Shown here: positions 42,803 through 52,135 of the stretch, one piece after another | How the letters are laid out: every line of letters starts with the position of its first letter | Numbering within the stretch: position 1 is the stretch's first letter | Position numbers and translations under genes: made by a program | The notes under the pieces: generated by a model | What the model saw: only the letters and a program-made list of their open reading frames with translations | What the model was told of the DNA's origin: nothing | The model's database searches: none | Source of the DNA: Polyangiales bacterium | GTDB taxonomy: Bacteria > Myxococcota_A > Polyangia > Polyangiales > Ga0077539 | DNA length: 64,000 nt | NCBI GenBank assembly: GCA_044229975.1 | Contig: JBGARZ010000012.1 | Span: 32,001-96,000, forward strand | Direction of reading: 5' to 3'

Positions 42803-44659
42803 TCAGCCGCCGACGACCTCGCGCACGTCGCGCGCGGCGATGCCGTAGAGCTCACACAGGGCGTCGTCGAACTCCGTCTTCGGCAACGCGGCGATGGTCG
42901 AGTCGATGGCCGGGACGCCGAAACGCTCGATGAAGTTCTTCTGGTAGCACTGGTAGTCGCCCTCCAACTGGAAGCTGGTGAGGCGCGCGAAGTAGTCCAT
43001 CACCGCGCTGTTGAGCACCCGTTGGAGCAGCCCGAGGTCGATGCCCGGTGTGGCGGGTGTGATCGCGTAGCCGTTGCAAAATGGGCGGTCGCTGTCGTCA
43101 CGAAAGAAGGCCGGTCCGCGGCTGAAGCTCTTGGTGAGCAGCTTCGGTCCAGGCGACTCCAAACCCTGGGTGCGACCCCACGCGAACCACGCGCCGTACG
43201 CGCGGCGACCCTTGTCGCGCGACTCCAGCGACGCGCGGTGCGCCGCCAGGTAGGCGTAGGCGCCGGGGAAGCGTTCGCGAAAGATGTCCTCTCCCAGCAG
43301 GCGATGGCGACCCTGCGAGCGCTCGTAGGGGAAGAGCACGCGCAGCCGGTCGCCCGCGAGGTCGGCCTCGGTGCGCAGCGCGGACACCTTCACCAGCGGG
43401 CACGTCGCGGCGAGCTCGATGTCCGCCACGCCGGGGTCTGCGTGGCGCGCCCAGCGGTCACCCGATCGGCGAAGGAGAAAGACCGCGTCGCGTAGCGTGG
43501 CGATGCCGACGCGGATGTCCGTGAGCGCGCCGAGCGGCGAGCCGGTGGCCTCGATGCGGCGAAGGTTGTCGAGGTGGCGTGGCGGTCCGAGGCGCCACTT
43601 GGTGGGCTGTAGCGACGCGGCCTCGATGCGACTCGTGGGCACACGCGCAAGGTCGTCGAGTGACGCGGTGGGAGAGAGCTCGCCGTAGTCGAAGTGGGTC
43701 GCGGCGGGGCGACCAAGAAAGACCAGGCAGGTGTACGCGCTGGCCCGATCGAACACCTTGCGATGACCCAGGTCGATGACGCGACGGAGGGCGCCACGCC
43801 GCTGGAGGAAGCTGCGAACCGGCTGACCGGAGAGGGAGGTGTAGAGGTTGTTCTGGGTGATGACGGCGAGGACGCCGGGCTCGCGGAGAAGCCCGTAGCC
43901 CGCGACGAGGAAGAGCGGCGCGAGGCTGTAGCCGCCGGTGAGCAGCGTGGGGTGGCGAGCGAGGAGACGCGCGCGGTACGCCTCGCTGAGCGACTGCACC
44001 CGCACGTACGGAGGATTGGTCGCGACGAGGTCGAAGCCGCGCGCCGAGGGAGAGAGAGCGCGCAGGTCATCGGGGTCGTCGAGCAGGGCATCGCGCAGGT
44101 GCAGGCGGAAGCGTGTCTCGTCGGGGACGACGCCCGATTGGAGGATGAACAGCGACAGCAGACAGCGCGCGCCATCGAGGGCGAGCGGGTCGTTGTCGAA
44201 GCCGACGAGGCGGTCGTAGAGCGCGTCGGGTTGTGCGCCGAGGAGGGAGGCGGCGCGGAGGAGGAAGCCGCCGGTTCCGCAGGCGGGGTCGCAGAGGATG
44301 GCGGTGTTGGAAGCGCCGTCGGGCAGCAGCGAGAGCCCGGTGTGGAGCAGGTGATCGATGACGGCGTCGGGCGTGTAGGTGACGCCACGGGCGCGGCGCT
44401 GGGCGGCGTCGTGGGAGCGCTCGAAGGCGTGCTCGACGTCCTTGAGCGAGGGGACGAGCGCGCGCTGTCGCAGGAGGGCGAGCGGGCGTTGCGCGGTGAG
44501 ACGGAGAGTCGGGGAGACGTGGCGCGCGGCGGTGTTGTCGGAGGGAAGGAGGGCGAGGTCGACGGCGTGGGTCTCGGCCCAGCGGAGGATGAACGCGCAG
44601 CGCACCACCTCGGGCGCAGCGGAGCGCAGGAGCGTGGTGAGGGGCGATGGGGCGGTCAT
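42803..44659 (-). CDS. Orphan N6-adenine DNA methyltransferase (gamma class, Eco57I/TaqI-like)
   Basis: GVTYTP, motif I DPACGTGGFL, motif IV NPPY, TRD with GIATL and WGRTQ; no adjacent endonuclease gene. Confidence 0.92.
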   Translation of the reverse strand: MTAPSPLTTLLRSAAPEVVRCAFILRWAETHAVDLALLPSDNTAARHVSPTLRLTAQRPLALLRQRALVPSLKDVEHAFERSHDAAQRRARGVTYTPDAVIDHLLHTGLSLLPDGASNTAILCDPACGTGGFLLRAASLLGAQPDALYDRLVGFDNDPLALDGARCLLSLFILQSGVVPDETRFRLHLRDALLDDPDDLRALSPSARGFDLVATNPPYVRVQSLSEAYRARLLARHPTLLTGGYSLAPLFLVAGYGLLREPGVLAVITQNNLYTSLSGQPVRSFLQRRGALRRVIDLGHRKVFDRASAYTCLVFLGRPAATHFDYGELSPTASLDDLARVPTSRIEAASLQPTKWRLGPPRHLDNLRRIEATGSPLGALTDIRVGIATLRDAVFLLRRSGDRWARHADPGVADIELAATCPLVKVSALRTEADLAGDRLRVLFPYERSQGRHRLLGEDIFRERFPGAYAYLAAHRASLESRDKGRRAYGAWFAWGRTQGLESPGPKLLTKSFSRGPAFFRDDSDRPFCNGYAITPATPGIDLGLLQRVLNSAVMDYFARLTSFQLEGDYQCYQKNFIERFGVPAIDSTIAALPKTEFDDALCELYGIAARDVREVVGG

Positions 44660-44693
44660 GGGAACGCGCTGGCGGTTGGAGATGGCTGATGGT

Positions 44694-44945
44694 GGTGCAG
44701 TCCATCGTGCATCGCTGGGGTTCGGGCGTTGGCCCTCACCCCAGGCAATGACAAGCAGGCGCGCCGGACTGGTCCGGGGCTTTCGAGCAGGAATTCTCTC
44801 TGCCCAAAGGCACCGGGCGAACTCTCTTCCAGAGGGGCCATGGGACTTCGGTTCGAAAGCCCCGGACCAGTCCGGCGCGCCTGCTCGTCATTGCCTGGGG
44901 TGAGGGCCAACGCCCGAACCCCAGCGACGCACGATGGACTGCACC
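44694..44945. repeat. 252-nt element with 93-bp inverted arms and 66-nt loop
   Basis: 44694-44786 vs reverse complement of 44853-44945: 91/93 identical. Confidence 0.95.
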
Positions 44946-46339
44946 CACACCGCCACGCCCAGCAGCGCCAGCCACCCTGCGCCCGTCGTCGACGGAGCGC
45001 CCGCCGCGCGACACCCGCAGCCACCCGCCGCCGTCGCCGCCCTCGGTCCGACACCCACGTCCACGGCGCCCGCGTCTGCCTTCGGCACGTCGTCGCTGCC
45101 CGCGTCTTCGATGACGATGACCCCGGTGCCCGCGTCGAGGCTCGCCGGTGGGCGCGGCATCGTCACCGGCGGATCAGACCGCGTCGCCAGGGGCACCGCC
45201 AGCGCCGGGCAGTCGTCGAGGCGATCGGGCGCGCACCTCGTACGAAACGCGATGGTCTGCGCCGTCCCGATGGCGGCGCCTTCGCGCAGCCGGATGGTCG
45301 CCGCGAGCTCGACGCGGTACGCCGTGTCGTAGGCGAGGTCGACCGTCGGGCGGATCAACACGGTGTTGCCGTCGCCCCCGCCGTAGCGCGAGACGTTGAC
45401 GGGCACGGCGGCTCCGTCGGGCCCGAGCAGGCGCACGCCGGCGCGCGTCGTGGCCTCGTCGAGCGCCCACGCGGACGTGACGACGAGGCGCGATTCGATG
45501 TCGTCACGGCCGACGGGGAAGTTCACCTGACCGGGCGCGGGCCAGCTGTACAGCGGCGCGGCGTCGAGCGGCGCGTCGCCCTGCAGGCGCCGCCACAAGA
45601 AGCGCCAGTACGCGCTCGTGGTCGAGACGAGGCGGGGGTAGCTGCCGGGGGTGGCCGGGTCCATGTAGTGCGACGCGGCCCAGGGCATCTCGCGCCAGCG
45701 CGCGGTGTAGAGCGTGTGGCCGAAGCGCACGAGGAAGCGCGTGCCCGCCGACGTGAGGCTGCCCGCTTCGGTGAGAAGCGCGGGCGTGACGGCCGGGCCA
45801 CGGACGTCGGCGTGGATGCCCGGCAACTCGTTGACCCAGAAGACCCCGTCGGCCTCGCTGGTGACGCCGTGCTCGACGACGAGCCACGTGTCGGAGCCGA
45901 TGTCGAGGTTGTTGGTGGTGCGGTCGTACTGCTCGGCGCGCGCCCCGAAGTACTGGTCGAAGGTCTGGTCGGTCATGGAGTGCGCGGCGCATCCCATGAG
46001 GAAGGCCACGTGCCGACGCGCGTCGGCGCTGCGGTACCCCTCGGCGGCGTAGCGCGTGCGAATCCATTGCAGGTACGGCTCGGTCCAGCTCTCCCAGTGG
46101 GCCCACTCGCCGTACGGGTGACGCACCGAGTAGCCAGAGTCGGGGTAGATCGCGCCGTTCTGGATGACCGACCGCAACGCCGGGTCGGTCACGATGTCGC
46201 GCAGCGGCCCGGGCTCGATCTGCGTGATGGACTGTTCGGCCACCCAGACGTGGGTGACCATGCTGTTGCCCGCCGCCGGGAGCGCGTGGGCCAGCAGCGC
46301 GAGGGTGAGCGGAGCGAGCGCCCGGACGCGGTGGTTCAT
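44888..46339 (-). CDS. Exported zinc-dependent phospholipase C-family protein with Ig-like domain and MYXO-CTERM-like tail
   Basis: Signal peptide; THVW, GAIYPDSGY, AHW, HSMTD Zn-ligand pattern; Ig-like PTVDLAYDTAYRV; GGCGC..GWLALLGVAVWV..RR. Confidence 0.78.
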   Translation of the reverse strand: MNHRVRALAPLTLALLAHALPAAGNSMVTHVWVAEQSITQIEPGPLRDIVTDPALRSVIQNGAIYPDSGYSVRHPYGEWAHWESWTEPYLQWIRTRYAAEGYRSADARRHVAFLMGCAAHSMTDQTFDQYFGARAEQYDRTTNNLDIGSDTWLVVEHGVTSEADGVFWVNELPGIHADVRGPAVTPALLTEAGSLTSAGTRFLVRFGHTLYTARWREMPWAASHYMDPATPGSYPRLVSTTSAYWRFLWRRLQGDAPLDAAPLYSWPAPGQVNFPVGRDDIESRLVVTSAWALDEATTRAGVRLLGPDGAAVPVNVSRYGGGDGNTVLIRPTVDLAYDTAYRVELAATIRLREGAAIGTAQTIAFRTRCAPDRLDDCPALAVPLATRSDPPVTMPRPPASLDAGTGVIVIEDAGSDDVPKADAGAVDVGVGPRAATAAGGCGCRAAGAPSTTGAGWLALLGVAVWVQSIVRRWGSGVGPHPRQ

Positions 46340-46454
46340 CGCCGCGGAGTCTCGCATCGGGTTCGACGCGGTGTCACCGGCCGCGCGTGACATCGGCGGG
46401 GCACGCGGCGGCACGGGCCTCGCGGGAGGTCGGCGCGCCCCGTCCGAGCGCTGG

Positions 46455-46478
46455 AATTGTGCTCAATTGACGCTCAAT
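46455..46478. promoter_or_regulatory. Putative operator: overlapping AT-rich palindromes between divergent genes
   Basis: AATTGtgctCAATT (46455-46468) overlapping ATTGAcgcTCAAT (46466-46478). Confidence 0.45.
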
Positions 46479-46529
46479 CCTGCGGCGGCGCGCGCCGCGC
46501 CGTGACCCGACGTCGGTACGGTCGCAGCG

Positions 46530-47705
46530 ATGAGCGCGACGCCCACGACCGACCCGCCAACCACCGACGAAGCACCTCCGACGCGTCGGAAGATCCCGCT
46601 GCCGCGACCGCTCTGGGCGGCGGTGGTGCTCGGTCTGGTGATGGTGGTGCTCGCGCTCGTCGGTCGGCGCGCGACGCTGCGCGGTCGCGAGGCCGAGGCC
46701 CACGCGGCGCGGTCGGTGCGAACGGCCATCAACCCGCGCATGGGCGTGCAGAGCGTCGACCCGCTGGGCCACGGGGAGCACACCAGCGGGCCGCGGCGGG
46801 TCTACGTGGGAGCGTACGCGTTCAACGTCCCGCACCTCGACCTGTCGAGCAACGCGTACCTCGTGGACTTCTGGCTCTGGTTTCGCTGGCACGGCGACGA
46901 CATCGACCCGACGCGAACCTACGAGTTCATGAACCTCTACGAAGGCTGGGACGTGCTGCGGCAGCCCATCTACACCGACGAGTCCAACAACCCGCGCGCC
47001 GAGTCGCTCGGGGATGGGTGGCGCTACCAGGTGTTTCATGTGCAGGCGCGCTTCGGGCGGCCCTTCGACGTGCGCGCGTACCCCTTCGACACGCAGCAGC
47101 TCGTCATCGCCATCGAGGACGGCGATCAGACCACCAGCGACATGATCTACGTGCCCGACCCTGGGACCACCGCGGTCGATCCGCAGCTCCAGATCCCCGG
47201 TTGGATCCTCGACCGCGTGACGGCCACGACGAGCGAGACGGTGTACCCGACCAACTTCGGCGACCCGCGCCGCCCGGTCGGCGCCGACCGCTACGCGCGC
47301 TTCTCGTACACGATGCACCTGCGCCGCCCGGTGGTGGGCTACCTCGCGACGACGCTGCTCCCCATCGCCATCGTGATGCTCATCACGCTGGTGGTGTTCA
47401 TGATCCCGTTTCGCTACTTCGAGGGGCGGCTGGGCCTGGGCATCACCAGCCTCATCTCCGCGGTCGCGCTCCAGCTCACGGCCGCGGGCGACCTGCCCAA
47501 GACCGGCTACCTCGTGCTGCTCGATCACGTCTACAACCTCTGCTACCTCGTGATCTTCATCGCGACGGTGGAGAGCGTGGTGGTGGTTCGCATCGGCGAC
47601 GGGGGCGACGAGGACACCGCGCGCACCGTCGACCGTCTGGCCGCGGTGCTCTCGGCGGTGGTCTTCTTCGGCGGGACGGCGGCGCTGGTCTTCGCCGCGC
47701 GCTGA
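46530..47705 (+). CDS. Prokaryotic pentameric ligand-gated ion channel (GLIC/ELIC-like)
   Basis: VDFWLWFRW, Pro-loop FDVRAYPFDTQQL, pre-M1 LRR, M1 Pro, M2 EGRLGLGITSLISAVA, M2-M3 LPKTGYL..LD, M4 after VDR. Confidence 0.9.
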   Translation: MSATPTTDPPTTDEAPPTRRKIPLPRPLWAAVVLGLVMVVLALVGRRATLRGREAEAHAARSVRTAINPRMGVQSVDPLGHGEHTSGPRRVYVGAYAFNVPHLDLSSNAYLVDFWLWFRWHGDDIDPTRTYEFMNLYEGWDVLRQPIYTDESNNPRAESLGDGWRYQVFHVQARFGRPFDVRAYPFDTQQLVIAIEDGDQTTSDMIYVPDPGTTAVDPQLQIPGWILDRVTATTSETVYPTNFGDPRRPVGADRYARFSYTMHLRRPVVGYLATTLLPIAIVMLITLVVFMIPFRYFEGRLGLGITSLISAVALQLTAAGDLPKTGYLVLLDHVYNLCYLVIFIATVESVVVVRIGDGGDEDTARTVDRLAAVLSAVVFFGGTAALVFAAR

Positions 47706-47863
47706 CCGGGCGCTGCGCTGGTGGGACTGCCTGCCCTCGCCCTCCGCCTCACGTTGCTCTCGCTTGCGCGGGCGGCGGGTGTTGCCGGTGCGTCAGGGCT
47801 GCGGGTGGGACAACACGATGGGCGCGGGCGCGCTCGACGAAAGCGCGATGGAGGGTCGTCAGT

Positions 47864-50392
47864 TCATGAGCCGCCGCCGGTGTTGCCCGACAGCTCGGCC
47901 AGCTCGCGACGAGCCCGCTCGCTCGCCTCGGTCGACCGCGTCTGCCGCCGCAGCGAGTGCAGCGACCCGCGGTCGAGCAGCACCCTGAACCCGCGGAACG
48001 CCATGTCCCGCTTGTACGCGTCGCTGCCGAGGGCCGCCTCGCGCATGAACCGCCGCACGTCGAGCGCGCTCGCGCCCATCGCGTTGTCCCACCCGCTGCG
48101 CAGGCGCGTCGTCATCCAGCTCGTGGCCCAGGTGTAGTGACGGTTCGCCTTGCCCGTCTCCAGGATGCCCGCGACCTCGATGCGCCGAAACGCCCGGCCG
48201 TCCTCGAACATCGCCGCCGTCAACGGCAGGAGCGACCAGTTCTCCTGCACCGTGGCGTTGTTGGCGCCGCCGGTCGCGCCGCGCGGCGCAAACTCGTTCT
48301 GGAGCATGCCGCCGAGCTCGTCGTTGGTCGCCAGCACGTCGACCAGCGCGTGCGCCGCCCGCGCGTTGCCGCCCAGCACCACCGCGATGGCCGCCGCGAA
48401 GCGCACGCTCGCGTCCTGCGCCTCCGTCGACTGGATCAGCGGGATGAGCGCGTCGCTCGTCGCGTCGTTGGCCCCGAAGCCCGCCGCGATGGCCGCGCCC
48501 TTCATGATGTCGGGGTTGACCCCGCGGCGCAGGTACGTCTGCACCAGCCGCGTGGCGATCTCCGGCGTGCACCGGCCGCGCAGCGCGTAGATGTAGAAGA
48601 TGCGCGCCTCTTCGGGGAGGTGCGTGTCGGTGGCCTTCGCCGCCATGTCCGCGAGCGCCGCGTCGTCGGCGATGGCGGCCAGGGTGTAGCCCGCCTCCTC
48701 GCGCAGCGAGCGGCGGTCGGTGGCGTCTTCCACGATGCGCCGCAGGGCGGTCACCGCGGAGGCGCGCGTCGCGGGGGCGACGGGCGTCGCGCCGTACGAG
48801 AGCCACGCGAGCGCGCGGATGGCCGTGCGCCGCGAGTTGAGCACCGGCTCGTCGATGACCGTCTCCTCGACCATGTGCAGGTTGGCCGGCTGCCGAACCA
48901 TCGGCAGCACGCGGCCCGCGCAGTCGGGGTGGTGCAGCGCGCAGAGGGCCACCGCGGCGCCCTCCATCGCGTCGGGCTGCGAGAGAAACGGCAGCACCAC
49001 GCTCGCCACCGCGGGGTCGCCCGCGCGCGAGAGGGCGATGATGGAGGGCGTTCGCACGAAGTCGCCGTGCGGGTCGCGGATCATCGCGAGCAGCCCGTCC
49101 TTCGCGCGCGCCGAGGCGCCCGGCACGGTGCGGATGAGCTCCAGCGCCTGCTTGGCCTCGGCGGTGGAGTTGGTGTCCATGTGCGTGAGCGCGTTGGTCG
49201 CGTACGCCATGAGCCCGTCGACCGCCCGCGCGTCGCCGATCTCCGCGAGGCCGAAGACCGCGTTGCGCTTCATGGCCACGGAGACCTCGTCGGTGCCCGT
49301 CGACGCGACGCCCAGCGCCTCGAAGAGCGCGTCGCCTCCGTCGGGGTCGCGCTGCTCGCGCAGGAGCCGCGTGGCCATGGCGCGCGTCGGGAGGTCCTGC
49401 GCGCCGTGGATGATGACCGCGAGGCCCGGGGCGCCGGAGCTCACCGCCAGCGCCGACAGGACGCTGTCGCGCTCGTTGGGGTTGGCGTTGAGGTAGCGGA
49501 CGAGCGGCTCGGCGGCGCGCTGGTCGCCGGTGCGACCGAGCCCGATGGCGGCCTCGCGAGAGACGCTCGGGTCGCGGTCGGCCACGAGGAGCACCAGGTC
49601 GTCGAGCACCTCGGGCGTTCCGATTTCGGAGAGCGAGAGCGCGGCGAGGCGGCGCGAGACGAGCTCGCGGGAGGTGACGAGCTCGTGCAGGTGCTCGCGG
49701 CCCGCCATGCGGGCGACGAGGGCCGGGTCGAAGATGCGGCGGCCATCGAGGTTGGTGATGGCCTGGAGCTTGTTCTGTTCGAGGAGGGTGCGAACCATCG
49801 GCCAGGCTTGCGGCTCTTGCAGCACGACGAGCGCCCAGGCGACTTCGAGCCGCTCGGTCACCGGGTCGGCCGTGGGCAGCACCGCGAGCAGCGCCGACTT
49901 TGCCGAAGCGGCCGCGGGCAACCCGATTTCCGCGAGCCCGAGGGCGGCCTGCTTGCGACCGGCGCCCGGCTCGGCGAGGCCCTCGATGAGCATCGGCACC
50001 GACTCCGGGTCGGCGAGCTGCGCGAGCAGACGACGCGCCGCCTGACGAACGCCGCGGGTGTGATAGCGGCCGTACAGCTCGCGCACGAGGCGCGCGGTCT
50101 CGGCGTTGGAGAGGTTGCGCTCGGTGATGGCGGTGAGCTCGGCGCGACCGCGGGTGAGGTCTTGCTCCTCGGTGGCCTGCTGCTGGGCGGAGTTGACCAT
50201 GTAGTACCCGGTGCCGCCGCCGACGCCGAGGACGGCGACGATGGCGAGCCATCCGACGGGGCTCACGCGGCGGTTGATGCGACGCGCTGCCTCGTCGTCG
50301 CTGACCAGTTCTCTCCCGTTGTCCGACGGCTCGTCGGGCACGTCAGGAACATCGGGAAGGTCGTCGGTGGAGCCCGGGTCGCTCTGTCGCAT
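47864..50392 (-). CDS. Membrane-anchored HEAT-repeat protein
   Basis: N-terminal TM; repeats such as VSREAAIGLGRTGDQRAAEPL and AVFGLAEIGDARAVDGL. Confidence 0.85.
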   Translation of the reverse strand: MRQSDPGSTDDLPDVPDVPDEPSDNGRELVSDDEAARRINRRVSPVGWLAIVAVLGVGGGTGYYMVNSAQQQATEEQDLTRGRAELTAITERNLSNAETARLVRELYGRYHTRGVRQAARRLLAQLADPESVPMLIEGLAEPGAGRKQAALGLAEIGLPAAASAKSALLAVLPTADPVTERLEVAWALVVLQEPQAWPMVRTLLEQNKLQAITNLDGRRIFDPALVARMAGREHLHELVTSRELVSRRLAALSLSEIGTPEVLDDLVLLVADRDPSVSREAAIGLGRTGDQRAAEPLVRYLNANPNERDSVLSALAVSSGAPGLAVIIHGAQDLPTRAMATRLLREQRDPDGGDALFEALGVASTGTDEVSVAMKRNAVFGLAEIGDARAVDGLMAYATNALTHMDTNSTAEAKQALELIRTVPGASARAKDGLLAMIRDPHGDFVRTPSIIALSRAGDPAVASVVLPFLSQPDAMEGAAVALCALHHPDCAGRVLPMVRQPANLHMVEETVIDEPVLNSRRTAIRALAWLSYGATPVAPATRASAVTALRRIVEDATDRRSLREEAGYTLAAIADDAALADMAAKATDTHLPEEARIFYIYALRGRCTPEIATRLVQTYLRRGVNPDIMKGAAIAAGFGANDATSDALIPLIQSTEAQDASVRFAAAIAVVLGGNARAAHALVDVLATNDELGGMLQNEFAPRGATGGANNATVQENWSLLPLTAAMFEDGRAFRRIEVAGILETGKANRHYTWATSWMTTRLRSGWDNAMGASALDVRRFMREAALGSDAYKRDMAFRGFRVLLDRGSLHSLRRQTRSTEASERARRELAELSGNTGGGS

Positions 50393-50442
50393 GATGGGTA
50401 CGGTCCCTCGTTGCCGCAGGAATTTGGCGCGCGGACTCTAGA

Positions 50443-51057
50443 TCAGCCGCGCTGGCGATTACAACCAGCCATGAGCCGCTCGTAGAGCCCCGCGACCTGC
50501 GCCTCCAGCGCCGCCCGATCGCCCGAGTTGTCGACCACCTCCGTCGCCACCGCGACCTTCTTCTCCAGCGGCCACTGCGCGTCCATGCGCGCCTGCGCCG
50601 CCGCCTCGTCGATGCCGTCGCGGGCCATGAGCCGCGCCCGCTGCACCTCCGGCCGCGCCGTCACCACGATCAATCCCCCGAGCGACTTGTGCACCCCGTT
50701 TTCCACCAGCAGCGCCGCTTCGTACACCACGAGCTCGTGCCCCTCCGCCCCGAGCGCCATGAAGCGCTCGGCGCTCCACTGCCCGATGCGCGGGTGCAAG
50801 AGCCCGTTGAGCTTCTTCCGCGCCGCTTCGTCTCCAAACACGCGCTCGCCCAGCGCCTTGCGGTCGAGCGTCCCGTCCGCCGCGAGCACGCCTTCACCGA
50901 ACTCCGCCACCACCGCCGCGAGCCCTTCGCTCCCCGGCGCCACCACCTCGCGCGCCCCCAGGTCGGCGTCGACCACCGCCACGCCCCGCGCCGCCAGCAG
51001 CGCCGCTACGGCGCTCTTCCCACACGCGATGCCGCCCGTCAGACCGATGACCACCAT
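50443..51057 (-). CDS. coaE: Dephospho-CoA kinase
   Basis: IGLTGGIACGKS, DAD..AREVV, LDRKALGERVF, LLHP, RLMARD, AQW..EKK. Confidence 0.97.
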   Translation of the reverse strand: MVVIGLTGGIACGKSAVAALLAARGVAVVDADLGAREVVAPGSEGLAAVVAEFGEGVLAADGTLDRKALGERVFGDEAARKKLNGLLHPRIGQWSAERFMALGAEGHELVVYEAALLVENGVHKSLGGLIVVTARPEVQRARLMARDGIDEAAAQARMDAQWPLEKKVAVATEVVDNSGDRAALEAQVAGLYERLMAGCNRQRG

Positions 51058-51133
51058 GCGCCCAGTGGTACCGCACTCGCGCGATTCTCGCGTTGCGACC
51101 GCACCCGACGCTACGGTGCTCGCCGCAACTCCG

Positions 51134-52135
51134 GTGAGCGACCCGACGGACCAGAAGCCAGCCAGTCAGGTGATCCACGTCGACTTCGGCCGCGGCCGTC
51201 GCGTCGAGGACGAGGTGCGCCGCCCGCCCCCGAGCGAACCCACCGGAACCGAGACCGTCGCGCGGCTCTTCTCCGCCCGCGAGGTCGCCGAGATCCTCAA
51301 GCTCCGCCCCGGCCGCCTCGCGAGCTGGGAGCGCATGGGCATCGTGGCCCCGAGCGCCCGCGTCGGACACCGTCGGGCGTACACCTTTGCGGACGTTCTT
51401 GCGGCGCGCACCACCCGCCGCCTCGTCGACGCGGGCGTGTCGCTCCGGGTGATTCGCCGCGCGGTGGACTCGCTCCGCACCACCGAACCCGGCATGGCGC
51501 AGCCGGTCACCGACGCCCGCCTCGGGGCCGAAGGCAACCAGCTCATCGCGCGGCAGGACGGCGTTCGCTTCGACCCGGTGACGGGGCAGCGGCTGCTCGA
51601 CTTCGAGGTCGACGCCCTGCGCGAAGACGTCGTCCGAACCCTACGCCCGCAGCCCTCCAAGCGGCAGCGCGACGCCTACGCCCACTACCTCGAAGGGCTG
51701 CGCCTCGACGAAGAAGAGACCACCCGCGGTCGCGCCGAGGAGGCGTACCGCAAGGCCATCGACCTCGACCCGCGTCTGGCGACGGCGCTCACCAACCTGG
51801 GCAATCTGCGGCTCGTGGCGGGCGATCGCGCCGAGGCGGAGTCCATGTACCGACGCGCGCTGGCCGCCGACCCCTCGCAGGCCGAGGCGCCGTACAACCT
51901 CGCGTATCTGCTCGTGGAGCGGGGGTCGCATCACGAGGCGGTTCCGTTGTTCGAGCGGGCGCTGTCGCTGAAGCCCGACTTCGCGGAGGCGCACTTCAAC
52001 CTCGCGATGGCCCTCACCGAGCTCGGTCGCAAGGAGCGCGCGCGGGACCACTGGAAGCGCTACCTCGCCCTCGACCCGTCGGGCGCGTGGGCGGGCGTCG
52101 CGCGGCAGCACCTCAAGGGCGACCCCGCGGAGTAG
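51134..52135 (+). CDS. MerR-like HTH + TPR protein
   Basis: FSAREVAEIL..LASWERMGIVAPS..RAYTFADV..LVDAGVSL; TPRs ALTNLGNL, APYNLA, EAHFNLA; start uncertain. Confidence 0.85.
   Translation: MSDPTDQKPASQVIHVDFGRGRRVEDEVRRPPPSEPTGTETVARLFSAREVAEILKLRPGRLASWERMGIVAPSARVGHRRAYTFADVLAARTTRRLVDAGVSLRVIRRAVDSLRTTEPGMAQPVTDARLGAEGNQLIARQDGVRFDPVTGQRLLDFEVDALREDVVRTLRPQPSKRQRDAYAHYLEGLRLDEEETTRGRAEEAYRKAIDLDPRLATALTNLGNLRLVAGDRAEAESMYRRALAADPSQAEAPYNLAYLLVERGSHHEAVPLFERALSLKPDFAEAHFNLAMALTELGRKERARDHWKRYLALDPSGAWAGVARQHLKGDPAE

Noticed and set aside
44694..44945. Retron msr-msd for the PtuAB-like pair
   Set aside because: No reverse transcriptase in the window, about 25 kb from the ATPase/HNH pair, and arms far longer than typical a1/a2 repeats
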